DNA from: a virus
Lineage: Duplodnaviria > Caudoviricetes
Strand: one strand, 5' to 3'
Length of the DNA stretch: 64,000 nt
IMG/VR virus record: IMGVR_UViG_3300021426_000092
Coordinates: 2,837 to 66,836 of that record
The position numbers and the translations under genes were made by a program. Below the pieces are notes generated by a model, which worked only from the letters and a program-made list of their open reading frames with translations, ran no database searches and was not told the DNA's origin. Positions 51,865 to 64,000 of this stretch are shown piece by piece. Positions within the stretch are counted from its first letter, which is position 1. Each line of letters opens with the position of its first letter.

Positions 51865-54800
51865 TTCTTCACCCATTTCGATTACACCTCCTGCCACAGT
51901 GCTTGTTTGAGGATGATTTATCCTCATACTTATCGTACGACACCTACCTCCTAAGTCAATAGAAAAGCGAAGTTTTTTCGCATTTTTACGTCGTTTTTCC
52001 TTTTAAACGGTCGTCTTCCGTAACTTTCTCATTCAAATTTGTCGTCTATTGAATTTGCCGAGTCCTGAATGGATGGGAGGTTGTCAGCAGCCGCTGGAAT
52101 CCTTGGAAACGCTTGCTTCGATTGGCTTGAGGCCGATAATCGGCTCCCGTCCTTTTTTCAGTCCAACTTCGAACCACGAGCCGTCAGCGTACAGATCTTC
52201 AACGTATAATCTCCGCCTGTCGGTCGTTGTCAGCGCAAAGCAATCTCTTCCGAAAGCATGCCCGATCTTGTGCTCGGAAAGTGCTCTGAGCAACATTACG
52301 TCGGTTACTTCATACAGGTCATCGGCCGGGACCGTGATTCTCCCAAGGGGGAACCGATCATTTTCTGTCCACATTCCGATCCCATCGGGGATCATGTCAA
52401 GGTCGAACACTTCAAAAGTCATTTCGCAGTCCTCCTGATGCTTTCGTACAGCCGATCTACCTTATTGGCGATTCTTTTGCCGAGGTATTCGACTTTCACC
52501 TTGTTCCAGATCTTTTCTTCTGCGTCGATTCCATATCCATATACGACATGGTAGCTGTCTCCCTTGTACATCATCGAGAAGTGGTAAACATTGTGGCCGA
52601 GATACTTGACGTGCACCGGAACTCCTTTGTACGAGAGGCGGAAACTCATATTACTAAGGTCGTATCTCCCCCAGAATTCATCGATTACGCCGTCCTCTTC
52701 ACTGGCCGCAACGAACCTGCACTTATAGAATCCGAAGGTCAAATCCCGATCTCCGGCAAAGGCATAATAGTTGCCTTCCATGCCTCCCTGATAGATTGGT
52801 TTTCCCCTACAATCTCCGGTTGTATTGCGATAGTCTCCGAACGTATCGGTGTGTCTGATTTCAAACTGTGCCAACTCACATTTGTCGCAATCAGACCATC
52901 CCCACTTGTCAACGAGAACGCAGTCTTCATAGCGCTTTTTCGGGTGGTCTACCCAGCCGACCATTTCCTCCATGTCCGTGAACATTTCGTGGTTCATTTT
53001 CTTGCCGTTCTTAAATACAACGGCTCCATAGTCGATCATCGCCATGTTTTTTCCTCCTAATATCTCGGTAGTATTCTAACGACCAGAATGATTTCAGTAG
53101 CGCCAGCGGCTGTCAGTTGTCTTCTCTCTTCCATGACGGTTGTTTCAGCCCACATTTCTTCGTGTAGCCACCGGATCTTCTTTGTCCCAAGTCGCAGCAG
53201 GCAGTTCAAATCAAAGACATTTCTGTCAGCCCGTTGCATCTTTCCGTCTATCGTTCTGCCAGCGCTGATGAAATCTCTGCTGTCCTCTCTGCTTACCGGA
53301 ACCGGAGCTTTTTTCTCGCTTTCGTGGCCGCATGCGATGCATTTCCTCGCGAGAAACGGAATGTACGCTCCGCATTCCGGGCAATATCTTTCAGCCTTTT
53401 TCATGTCCATTGCCCCATGCAACGTAATGCTCACATTCAGCGCACACATCGAGCAGATCTACGTCGCCGAATCCTGCGATGCTTTTATGCAGGATGTGGC
53501 AGTATGTGGACACATACCGGTTGAAGCTGTCCGCCGTATCTGTGCAGTGAATGCAGCTCTTTGCCTTCCGGTATCTTTCGTCTCGCCTTAATTCTTCGAA
53601 CTGTTTGGCAATCGTTTCTTCGTAGCGCCCGGTTGGCATCTTGTATTCTTCGAAACGGTTCTTAACCATCAAGGCCCCTCCGTAGCGTAATATCCCGGGA
53701 GGCAATCATTGCACCCGTCTTCATCGTTCACGTCTGGTCTCCTGCCGTACACAAGTGGAAATCGGCAAATCCCTTCCGGATTGTAGATGCAGTCTGCATC
53801 GCAGTCTTCGCACATCAGGTTGCGATACCCCAAGGCATCCAGTTCCGGTGTCCTATTGACTCCATCTCTATACAACAGGTATGCTACGCCGCGGGAGTGA
53901 CGTTGATCGAACCAGTGCCAGATCTCCTCGCGATCAGTTCCGGGTGGAAATCCAAGGAAGCCTTCTTCCATGCGTTCTGTTTCGGGGTCCATGGGAACGT
54001 CCTCAAAGAATCCCCACAGCTCCTCAAGAAACTTGTCGCGCTCCTCAAGTGTCGTCATCGCTCGGATCGCAGCATCTCCCCATTCGATCATTTCTTTTGT
54101 CATTTTCGACCGTCCTCTCTAAAATAGGCTCTGCTGTCGAAGTAGATCGGATTGCCGTCAAGGTCAGGGATCACAGCCGTCTGATGGAACGCGCTGCGAT
54201 CCATCCCATCGAGTAAGCCTTCCCGACCAGCCAGTTCGATAACGCGCCTGACACCGATTCGCTCACCCTTGTATTCAAATCTGGTGAATCCGATAGCGGC
54301 CTCGATCTGGTCGATATGCTTATCGTCCTCCCAGAAGTTGCGGCGGATGTATTCGCGGTCAGCTTTTGTCAGCTTCATTGCGTCCCCCTTTCAGAAGCCC
54401 GTAATATACGCAGGGAACATTTCTGTCCTTGACGTTTTTGGACCTCCAGCATTCATTTCCGAGGCATTCTTGTTTCACTTCTGGCTTGCATTTATAGCAT
54501 CCGGGAGTCATGAGGCAAATCTGAGCAAGTTCAGCGTTTGTCACGTCGTCTCCTCCTATCTGCTGATCTGAATCTGATTGAGCGTCTTCATGCATTTCCA
54601 GCACCAGAGCTTTTTCTTATGGCCGACAGGCGTTCGCTTGTCGGCCCTTTTTGTGGCTGTATTCACCGTCCCGCATACGGGGCAGCGGAAATATCGGCGA
54701 TAATACACGCCCATATCAGCGCTCCGTGAAATTGACGGTGATCGAATATTCCTTCTTCCGATCGAGCATCCGCATCACCGCAATGAAAACATCTTCCGGC

Positions 54801-57623
54801 TCTCCGCAGAAGGTCATCGTTCCGGTCGCCGGAGTCAACTCCACGATTTTCTTTGCAGGAGTAGGGGCCGGTGTGGCAACTTCCTTTGCAGGCTCCTCTT
54901 CCGCTGCCTTTTCGCTTGGGTCCGTCACCCATTCAAGCCAGACATCGCTGATCTCGTGCCGTCCCTTGGCGAAGCTGAATTCACCGCGGTGATGATGGCT
55001 CATGTAGGTATCAAAAGCCGGGATCGAGCAGCCCATCATATCGGCGATGTCGATTTTCCTGCCTTGGTTATCAACGCAGTTCTGGATATACTGCTTCTGA
55101 AGATCATGGGGCATTGCGCGAAAACTCGCCCAAGTCATAGGCTTATTTAGCTGGTACACTTTAACATCTCCATTCATTTTTCTTTTCTGAGCCGGGGTCA
55201 GATAATCCGCCGGCATCTTGCAGGATTTGGATTTGCTCCCGCATTTGCGGTGGCGGGCTCCGTATCCTGTCCTTTTCAGTTCTCGCTCCGTCTGGCGGAA
55301 CAGATATTCAGCATCGTCCATATCGCACCTCTCAGAATGAAAAGGTCACAACCTTACGTTCTTTTGCCTCTCCGATCTCATACTCATTGCGTTCGATCGC
55401 TTCCTTCAGGCCATATCCGGCTGCCTCGTCGAGCATCCCGTTTTCCATGAGATCGTCGCCGAGAAATCCGCCGCAGCAGTCGATTTCATCCCAGTCATCA
55501 TCCGCCGCCTGATAGATCGTGCAGAAATACGATTCTCCGCGCAGGTACTGATCGTACTGTTCGACATCACTTTTCATGAGCGAAAAAGCACGGTTTTTCC
55601 ACGTTTCCTCAGTCAGCGGCCTTGTCATCCGGGATTCAACTGTCACACCATTGGAAAGCGTCTGCTTCTCAATCACGTCCTCGACGATCTCAACTGCCTC
55701 GCTCATGATCTTGTCCTTGAATGCCAAGATCCATCCGACCTGCCCGGAATCCCAGCGGTCTGCATATACGCCGTTTCGGTTTCCGCAGGAAATAGTGAGA
55801 CCGGAATGGTCATACAGCCAAAGCGGAAGCCAAACCGCATACGGTTCCATCAGATCCATACAGTGCGAAATCTCCAGATCGTCGATGATATAGTCCGCGA
55901 CGGCCCGCTCCCCGATCTCCGAGTATTCGAGGTATTCTTTCGCTTCCTTGCTTGTCTGAAACCCAGCCAGATAGCAGGTCTCATAGATGTCGTACGTCTC
56001 CGGATCGTCCTGGTTCTTTTCCAGCCGGATTCCTTCGAGTTTCCCGTCGCTGGCTGCTTCGAAGATCTCTTTGTCCGAGCAATGCTGGCGAACAAGGTTC
56101 TGCCAGAACTGTTCGGGCGTCTTCTCTTCCACCTTGTCTCCAAGACAATAGTTTCTGTGCCAGCAAGCCATCGTTGTCAGATTGTCCCATTCGCGTGGGC
56201 TGTCAGCCCATTCGTCCGTCTGGATATGCATGCAATAGGAAATCCCGTTGTGCATCCATTTGACCGTTGCATTGTCATGTACAAAAATCGGTCTGTGTTT
56301 CATGTATTCACCTCCTTAATAATCCTCTACTATTTCGTCAAGGGCGCTGGACGGATGCTGCCAGTCACAGTACCAGAAAAGCCGTTCAGCGCGTTCCACA
56401 TCACCGTCGCAATAATCGATGAAGTGATTGCCGGTGTAGCAGTACCCAAGAACATCGAAGATGCCCTCAATATCTGCGCTGAGGTCCTTGTCTATCGGTA
56501 TTTCGTTCAGAGCGATATCTGGGATATACAGAACATCATCGCCTGGAGCGAATTCTTCAGCCTTATAAATGAAGCAATCCTGTCCCGGGGTGAAACGCAG
56601 GAGACTGTCGAGCGTTTTTCCAAGCATGAGTTTATTTCTCAGTTCAGTTCTGGTCATCTTCTTCCTCCAAAAGGATGCCGGATACCTCAATGTCGATGTC
56701 TTCATCGAGTTCCAGAGATCCATCAACGTATACTCCGTCTGGCAGAGCAACATCTGGATCGTGCAGTGCTTTTTCGATCGCCTCTTTCTCGCTGTGAGCT
56801 TCCACCCACACCTGTCCGTACATCTGCCAAAGAAGCGGGATTCGATACTCCTTTAACCTGCCATCTTCCTTTTCTTCTTTTTGCGAAAGCTCAAGCGCGT
56901 TCGCGAGTTCGACGAACATTCCTCTTATTGCTTCCGCATCATCCACGAGCTCTCTGAACGTTGCCGGAATCCCTCTCTTGCCGCGGCTCTCCCCCAAAAG
57001 CTCAACATGCTCGTCCGGGTCAAACTCGTTCGACCACCGGCGTACAGCCTGTTCAAAGCTCTCTCCGTCAAACACCCAAATCGTCTCGGCCAGATCCTCA
57101 CCGGCGGGAGACCAGTTTTCGATCTCAACGTACGGGACGCCGTCCTGTACATTCGTTCCGAGAATCCTCCATCCGAGGCTTTCGATCACATCAACCTGTT
57201 TTTCAGTCAGTTCGAACATTTCTCCGCCTCCCAGAGTTTCCGGTTCTTCACGAGGAACATCGCCGTCGCCTGATCCATTCCGACCGTCCTCAATTCTCTC
57301 AAGATCTTGTTCACGATCTTCTTGTCTTGGGAATCGACCGCCGCGCACAGCTCCAAAAGCATCTCTCTCAGCATTTCTCCAGCACCTCCTTTACTCATCA
57401 AATGATCCATTCGGGATGTCGCATACGATCTTCTCGAAGTAGATGTCTTCGAGTCCCGCCGCCTCAGACTTGTCGTACTCCCGGCAGAACTGCTCGGAAT
57501 AAGTGCCGGAGCTGCACTCGACGACTTCCACATCGACGAGGCTGGTATCTGCGTAAACTGCTTCCACCCGACCCTTGAAAACGAATACGGTGATCTTCGG
57601 ATTTTTCATTGTCTTCTTCCTCC

Positions 57624-57639
57624 ATTTCCAATCGGTAAT
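57624..57639. promoter_or_regulatory. Operator copy abutting an RBS
   Basis: ATTTCCAATCGGTAAT. Confidence 0.7.
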
Positions 57640-57963
57640 TTCTTGGCCTTAAAACGCCCTGTGCCGCGTTTTGCGGTTCAGGGTATCCTTTTACCACTTT
57701 CGCGATAAACCGCGATGTGCGGCTTATATGCGAATCCTACGGCGAATATGAGGTTACGCTGCCAGCTCCACATCGAACTGGACACCTGCGTCTCCCAGAT
57801 AATCCGCGCCGTGCTTACGGATATAGGAATCGATCAGGCTTTCGATCTCTTCCTGGGTGCTGCGAAAACCGAGGAGTTCGAAGCGCCCATTTCTAAAACG
57901 AGCAACTACTGCGAACATCATCTACACCTCCATGTGTTGTTTTTATCTACGATCTTATCTTAT

Positions 57964-57979
57964 ATTACCGACTGGAAAT
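57964..57979. promoter_or_regulatory. Operator inside a TTGACA-N16-TAAGAT promoter
   Basis: ATTACCGACTGGAAAT; flanks are nearly identical to the 43.17-kb promoter. Confidence 0.8.
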
Positions 57980-60900
57980 GTCAAGAGATTTTTTCTGAAA
58001 ATCGCTGTTTACGAATCGCTTTTTTCGCGTCCCTTCCTGATCTCCCACTTCAGCGTCAGCGTCCCTACTCCCCGGTATTGTGCGGGGCTAAGACTCTCAT
58101 CTACGATCGTTCCTGTACCGTTCTCAAGGTCATCCCACAGGTTCCGATAGACGTGATATCCTTCCTTGTCGAGGACTTCATAAAACGCATTCGAAGCCCT
58201 GACAAGGGCACGGATCAGGCGTCTTCTTTCTTCAACGTGCATTTCCTGCTCCTTTCATACTTCTTCACTTTCGGCAGGAACCGGAAATAGCTCGGGTTTG
58301 CAAGGCTTTCGTCTTCCTGCCGCAATACTACGAACGTGTACTTGCTGCCGTGTCTATCGAACAGAAGAAGCTTCTCTTCTTCTCCTTTATCGAGATAGCC
58401 AAAACGAATGGCCCGATGCAGATACAAAGTCTTTCCTTTATACCGAATCATCGGCATTCCACGATACGGCTCTTCGTCCTGCCAGATAAACCCGTCGTGG
58501 TAGTTCGTGTAGTTCTCCGGAATAGCATAATCCCACCGACTTTCGGCTGGGACAACAATCATGTTCTCCGAATACAGTGCGAGATCCGTTTCACGGTTCT
58601 TCTTCATATGGGCCAGCGCACGTTCCAGCCTGCTCTGTCTCTCAGCACGATTCATGAGTTCCCCTTCCTGCTATCCAGCCATTCGGAGAGTGACGGATAC
58701 CCTGAAACCGGAGCGTATGATGCCTCACAGCAACAAGGTTCGTCCAGATACACATATGATCCATCCGCTCTGTACTGCACCCAGAATCGTTCGCCACAGG
58801 CGCTGCACTCCTGCTCTACGTTACACACATCTTCCGGGTCAATCAGCTCATCGGCAAAGGCATCGCTTTCTGCGCCATCATGGAACCTGATTCGGTACAT
58901 CTGGCCGACGTCTTCCTTGTCATACTCAGATTCTTCCAACGCGCCAAGAACGACGACCATCGTACCGTTGTATTTCAGCAGATCGCTCTGCGTAGTGTTG
59001 AAAATTCTTACCACGTTCTTTCCTCCAACTCAGTAAATCTTGTCGATGTTTCCAGCCTTCATCAGATCGTCAGGCGTCAGAAGTCCTTTATCATGCATTG
59101 CTTTCTCCATTGCGGCATACAGAGCCGCCTCACGCTCACGTTTGCTCATTTTCGGCGGCTTCGGCGGAATCTCTCCATTTTTCGCCGCAATCGCCGTAGG
59201 ATTGTATTTGTGCTGTCCCATTCAAATTCTCCAAATTATTCAGATTTACCAGGCGCAAAGGCGCCGGCAAGGATAGCTTCAAACATGGCTTTCTGGCCGG
59301 CTGCTGCATTCTTCGCGTTCCGGTCGAGAAGATCGTTATACTTCTTCTCATATTCCCTCGCTTCTTTCAGCTCACGCTTGAGCCGATAGTTTTCATTGAT
59401 GATATCAACCATGCCGAAGATGATCTCTTCTACGATTTCTCTATCCATATCGAATCCTCCAAATGAAAAGATGGTTTTAATTCTCAGTCTCTCTTTCAGA
59501 AACATCGATAATGTCAATCGAGCAATTGTAAGCGTTCATGATCTCGATTACGCTGTCAAGGACCTGTTCTTTGCTTTCGTTCGCGTAGTCCGGCTCTGCA
59601 TAGATAACGCATTTAATGACGACCTCTCGCATTCGAATCACCCCCTAACGTTGGAGCTCGTGAATTTCATTGTTTCCGTCCTCTTTAGATATCAAGTTCC
59701 AGACTAAACCAGCCGCTTACCCTCGAAAAGCCGACCACGGCGGTTTCATACGGGATCTCCACGCCGTCTTCGATCTCCATGCCTTCCTTGTCGAAAACTT
59801 CCAGCACGTCGATTGCCTCCTCATATGCGTCCATAAATTCGCCGTAGGTCTTCGGCGTTTCCTTGCTGCCGGTGAAGATTTCAAGCTCCATATTTTCCAA
59901 GCCTCCTTTACAGTTTTTCCGCAATGGCTGCGTCTCTGGCCGCTTGCCACGACATATCATATTTGTAGATGTTCCGGCGCATTTCATGGGCAAGCTCCGG
60001 GATTTTCTCCGCGAGCTGCGCTCTCGTCATACCATACATATCTTCCAGTTCATCATCATCGAAGCCGTTAAACACATCTTCGATATCCTCACAGTCAAAT
60101 TGATTCTGTTTTTCCAGATACGCTTCGTAAAGCTCGTCGCTCGTCAGTTCGATCTCGATCGTCTGGCCGTTAATCTCTCTCGTGATCGTCATATTTTCCA
60201 AATCCTCCAAATCAAAAGATTGTTTTATTCCACGCAGAAACTTTCCACGCACCAGCCGTACACATCGGACAGATAATCCTCGATCTCTTCCGGCTCAAGA
60301 TTTTCCTCGAAATAGACTTCCTCCGGCAGATCGTCAATCGAAATACCGTTCGTGTCCCACTTGATATTAGTAACTACCATGTTTCCCTCCTATCAAATAT
60401 TCGTTTTATCCAGCTTCGCCCACACATGCAGTTTTCCAATCGGCGTATCAACAAAAAGCTCGCGTTCCATGCTTAATCCTCCTGTCAAAGCTGCTCCATG
60501 CTTTCTGCGATAGCCACAAACAGCTCGAAGTCCTTTTCAAACTGTTCCATCACCGATCTGTAGTCGATCTTATTGTCCCCCAGAGGCAGCCGGAATTTAT
60601 AAGACACATTCCGCTTACTGGCTACGATTTCATCCGCTGTCACCGAGCGCCGCTTCACAACGACTTCATAGCCGCGGCCTTCCAGCCACTCGACTGCGTA
60701 TCGTTCTCCGTAAGAGAACTCCCATTCGTGTTTATCGAGATTCTTCAATTTGCCATCCCCTTCCCTTTGTTTCTATTTTTGAACCAATCAGGAGCAATCC
60801 AAGAAAGCGCCTCTCCCAGTTTCTTTACACTGGCGAGTGGATCGTCATTAAGCACCTCCCCGTATTCTTTTGCAAGGAAGTGAACCGCTTTATTCAGAAT

Positions 60901-63009
60901 CTCAATATCTGTGTCAGCCGGCATCTCGGTACAGTATGATGCATCATCAACCGGCTCCCAGCAGCTGCCATTTCCAAAGTAAACAGAGAACCGAAGCAGA
61001 TTAACGTCGTTCGGATCATCCGGATCGTAGTCACCGCAAATACCTTCGTCGAGGTTTTCCCACTCGACCATTACATTCCCGTTCACAGCATAAGGAAGGT
61101 TTTCTGGATTCATGAGCAATTCGATTTTTCTTTCCATGTTATTTCCTCAGTCCCACCCCATTGCTTCCGCCTCGTCATCCTGCCATGCGAAGTTCAGGCG
61201 CTCTTCTAGTTCGGCAACATCTTCGTAAAGGTCCGGATCGAACGGGTCTTCGGCAAGGCGAGCCCTCGCTTCATCCAGCATTTTCTGAACCTTATACGGG
61301 TCTTCATATCTTCTGTACAGTGACATTGCCCTACCTCCTTCTCGGATTACGGAAAGCCTCCTGCATTTTCTCGGCCATCTGCTTTTCTTCTTCGGTCAAC
61401 TCGTACTTGATGCCGTACGCCTTAACATACGGCTTTCCGGTTTTCATCCCGAAGATCTGGAACGACTGCTCATCTTCGGTTCCGGCCCAGAGCGTCATCT
61501 TGAGCCTTCCGCTTGGGAACCCGATTGCTACCGGCCTCATTCTTTACGCCTCCCCTGCTTTTGCCAGATGAATGGAGTATCCCAGCTTCTGGAGACGGAA
61601 CAGCTCCATCATGAACGTGTAGTTGATGAACTCACGTTCCTTGGCATCCGGATACTCGACGCACTTCCGGAGCGGCGTGATCGTATGTACGCACCAGGAC
61701 CGGTATTCATCGTCCCAGATTTCCAGAACAAACGATTCTGCGTCAAAGGCTCTCCCCTCGTCGGGGCCGCAGCCTTCGATCCCCTTGTTGTAACGGACTC
61801 TCGCTCTCAGGTTCTTCATGCTGTCTCCTCCTCGCTTTCAGCATATTCTTTGTCATCCATCCAGGCATCCATCTCTGCCTCGAATTCTTCTTCGGTCACG
61901 GCATCATCGTCAGCAGGAACCGCGACGTACACCGTATCCGGGTCGGTCTCCATCAGCTCTCGAATCCACTTTCCTACCCGCAGAAGTGGGGCCTTGATCC
62001 CGCCGCGATGGAGTTCACCGTCGGTGAAGTGAGCAACTTCGTACATCATTTTCTATTCCTCCTTTTTCAGTATGCCATGCACGGATCGTGCATCATCTTG
62101 TACAGGGTCATATCGTTTTCCCCGAGATCCTTCGAGAGCTTGTCAAACGTGTCCTCCGACACCTCGCGAATGATGATCCCATCCTGGAGCTGCCAGTGCT
62201 TCGACACGTACTGAATCAAGTCGCTCCAGCTATCGAACTTCATCGCATCCTGAAGATCGCCGAACTGATATCCTCCGGAAAAGGCGAAACCTTCGTAGTA
62301 CCGAATGGTCTTGTCCCGGCTATCTACATTGCCGAACACCCAGAAGCTTTTCCTATTATTCATTTTCATCCTCTCCTTCGATGTCGCCCCAGTTGCGATC
62401 GGAATCGAACCGGGTCTCAGCGGTGCATTCCTTGCATTTCCAGTACATGCCACAGCATTCGCAAAACATATTTCCTTCTCCTTTTCTCTCCAGGCGTCAG
62501 CTTGTTCAGACATTTGTCTGTTAGCGCTGCCTGTTTCGTTTTAGTTCTTCCGAAACTTATCCGGGTGGTATCGCTTGATCTCTTCAAGGATCGTCCGGAT
62601 CTGCTTGTTCGAATACTTTTCGATCAGCTGCTTCGGGGTGAAGATTTCGCTGGCCTTTACATATCTCGTTCCGCGGCTGAAAGCCTTCCGGACTTCTTCT
62701 TTGCTATTCAGATCGAAGCAGACGCTCCAGTGGCTGGATTCCCGGCCGAGCAGATCCAATTTGCTGTCTCTCTGGATGAACCAGTACGTCTTCGCCATCT
62801 TCGACGCCTCCTTTGATATATGTTTATCTGTAATCTTACTATACAATACCTACCACCTAAGTCAAGAAAAAGTTTTCTGAAATCTTCATTTCCGAAATAA
62901 TTTTCTTTCCAGTTGGCAATAGTCGAAAGGCAAATTTGTCACCTATTTGAATGGAGCGGATCGTGATGAATGGGAGTATGTCAGCATTCGCAGAAAACGC
63001 CTAAAAAGC

Positions 63010-63040
63010 AAAAAAGACCCGCAGGCGTCCCTGCGGGTCT
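63010..63040 (-). terminator. Intrinsic terminator
   Basis: AGACCCGCAG-GGACGC-CTGCGGGTCT followed by TTTTT. Confidence 0.85.
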
Positions 63041-63530
63041 GATACAGAATCAAGTGATCTGTACACTGGCGCTTCAATTTCTTGCTGAGTTTTCTAAGCG
63101 GTCCCAAACTTCTCAGCTCACATGGATCATTTCTTCACCGAGCCCTCGCCCATGTGATCTCTCGGTATAGTGTCTTTCCACTGTCAGGGTCATTCGGCCT
63201 TCAGTTTCCCTTGTGCGCTGGCGCTGCCTACATAAAAGGAAACGCGATCAACGTTTGCCTTCGGCAGCGTGAGCGCGAAACATGTAATCTCCGCCGGGGA
63301 TTTCCACCCCGGATGCCACCATCACCCAAGCTCTACGGTGGCGCCTTTGCAGACAGTGCTTGGTTCTCTCTGTCCGCTATGCTCATTCACTGGCTGCGTC
63401 TACTGCAACAATAGCACCGTCCTAAATATGCGGGCCGACCATACCCGACTGGTACGCCGACCAAGGGACCGCCATGTCTTGTTGCCTCCCGTCTGCGCAA
63501 ACGGTTCATCTATTCCGCCACGGAGATCAT
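63010..63530 (-). ncRNA. ~500-nt highly structured non-coding RNA candidate with a tRNA-like 5' domain
   Basis: Own promoter TTGAAT-N17-TACAGT (63563-63535), no minus-strand ORF of 60 aa or more, many 7-9 bp helices, terminator at the 3' end. Confidence 0.65.
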
Positions 63531-63559
63531 CTAAACTGTATCAAAATACGATTCAGGAT

Positions 63560-63721
63560 TCAATGCCCAAATCTATATGTATTTTCGGATTGAGAAGCGA
63601 CTTCCTGTTGCTTTTTTGCTGGTTCAGGTACGCCCACCTCCGCGGCCGCCTCCATCTTGAACTTATCCATGGCCTCACGGGCTGCGGGGTTCACAAGATG
63701 ATTGCTGGTGTTCGTAGACAT
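63560..63721 (-). pseudogene. Truncated alpha/beta-type small acid-soluble spore protein (SASP)-like ORF
   Basis: RBS AAGGAG, then MSTNTSNHLVNPAAREAMDKFKMEAAAEVGV (SASP N-terminal half with the E-x-A-x-E-x-G motif). Similarity is lost afterwards; no GxLTSxxxGxVGG half. Confidence 0.65.
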
Positions 63722-64000
63722 CGTTTTGCATCTCCTTTACAACAGATTGGGACAGACGCTGCTGTCCCAATCTGCGATCAGGCGCCGCATCCGTCCACGC
63801 ATATCTTCTGCCGAAGCGATCAAGATATGCAAAAAACTGTTGGAAAGTTTTGCAATGCCAGCGTAAAAACGGCGCGTTCCATTCATGAAGTGAACCCCAA
63901 AAGTTAGACATTTATAGAATTAGGCGACCTGAAGGGTCTGGTATCTGTGTTGAGCAGGTGTCAGGCCCTTTAGTTTTAGCTTGATCCTGCAGTTGTTATA

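Larger units (their letters stand above)
43250..62846 (-). other. Early region: dense run of several dozen small minus-strand hypothetical genes with several sigma70 promoters
   Basis: ORF track shows closely packed 60-320 aa minus-strand ORFs with GGAG-type RBS; few are recognisable. Confidence 0.7.

Noticed and set aside
63441-63456. Ninth operator copy inside the large ncRNA (ATACCCGACTGGTACG)
   Set aside because: The spacing and both ends deviate from the consensus, and it is better explained as an RNA hairpin.
63285-63529. tmRNA or intron-containing tRNA call for the large RNA
   Set aside because: There is no G3-U70 alanine identity, no CCA end, no canonical TTC T-loop and no recognisable tag ORF or group I core, so it is left unclassified.
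25-63907. Long plus-strand ORFs (e.g. 15997-17304, 20650-21792, 38749-39855, 55806-56957)
   Set aside because: They overlap well-supported minus-strand genes, lack RBSs or recognisable motifs, and are typical antisense shadows.
1-64000. Diversity-generating retroelement, retron, IS element or integrase
   Set aside because: No reverse transcriptase, transposase or tyrosine/serine recombinase motif is recognisable, and I saw no ~100-bp template/variable repeat pair by eye (not exhaustive).

Overview
A 64-kb segment of a large temperate phage or prophage, probably from a Clostridia-like Firmicute host. Almost all real genes lie on the minus strand, and most plus-strand ORFs in the track are antisense shadows. 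In transcription order (right to left) the window contains: a truncated SASP-like ORF; a promoter- and terminator-bounded ~500-nt structured non-coding unit (63.0-63.5 kb); a long run of small early genes (43-62.8 kb); a RAMP/Cas7-like gene followed by an array of six GGATTAT-headed units made of GGY-NN pentamers (41.5-42.4 kb); HNH, HAD, nucleotidyltransferase and radical SAM genes; a cro/cI switch with a PD-(D/E)XK nuclease as cargo (28.4-30.5 kb); a recombination/replication module (DUF1351, RecT, MBL, initiator, DnaC-like, RusA, HNH-SSB, ArpU-like); five tRNAs plus two CCA-ended non-tRNA elements; and an amino-sugar synthesis plus TAGT-glycosyltransferase operon (0.9-6.1 kb). The top signal is the RAMP-like protein plus GGY-NN array, a candidate non-CRISPR RNA-guided system with a gapped code. 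No structural, terminase, lysis or integrase genes are recognisable in the window. All family assignments come from motif recognition by eye, not from database searches.
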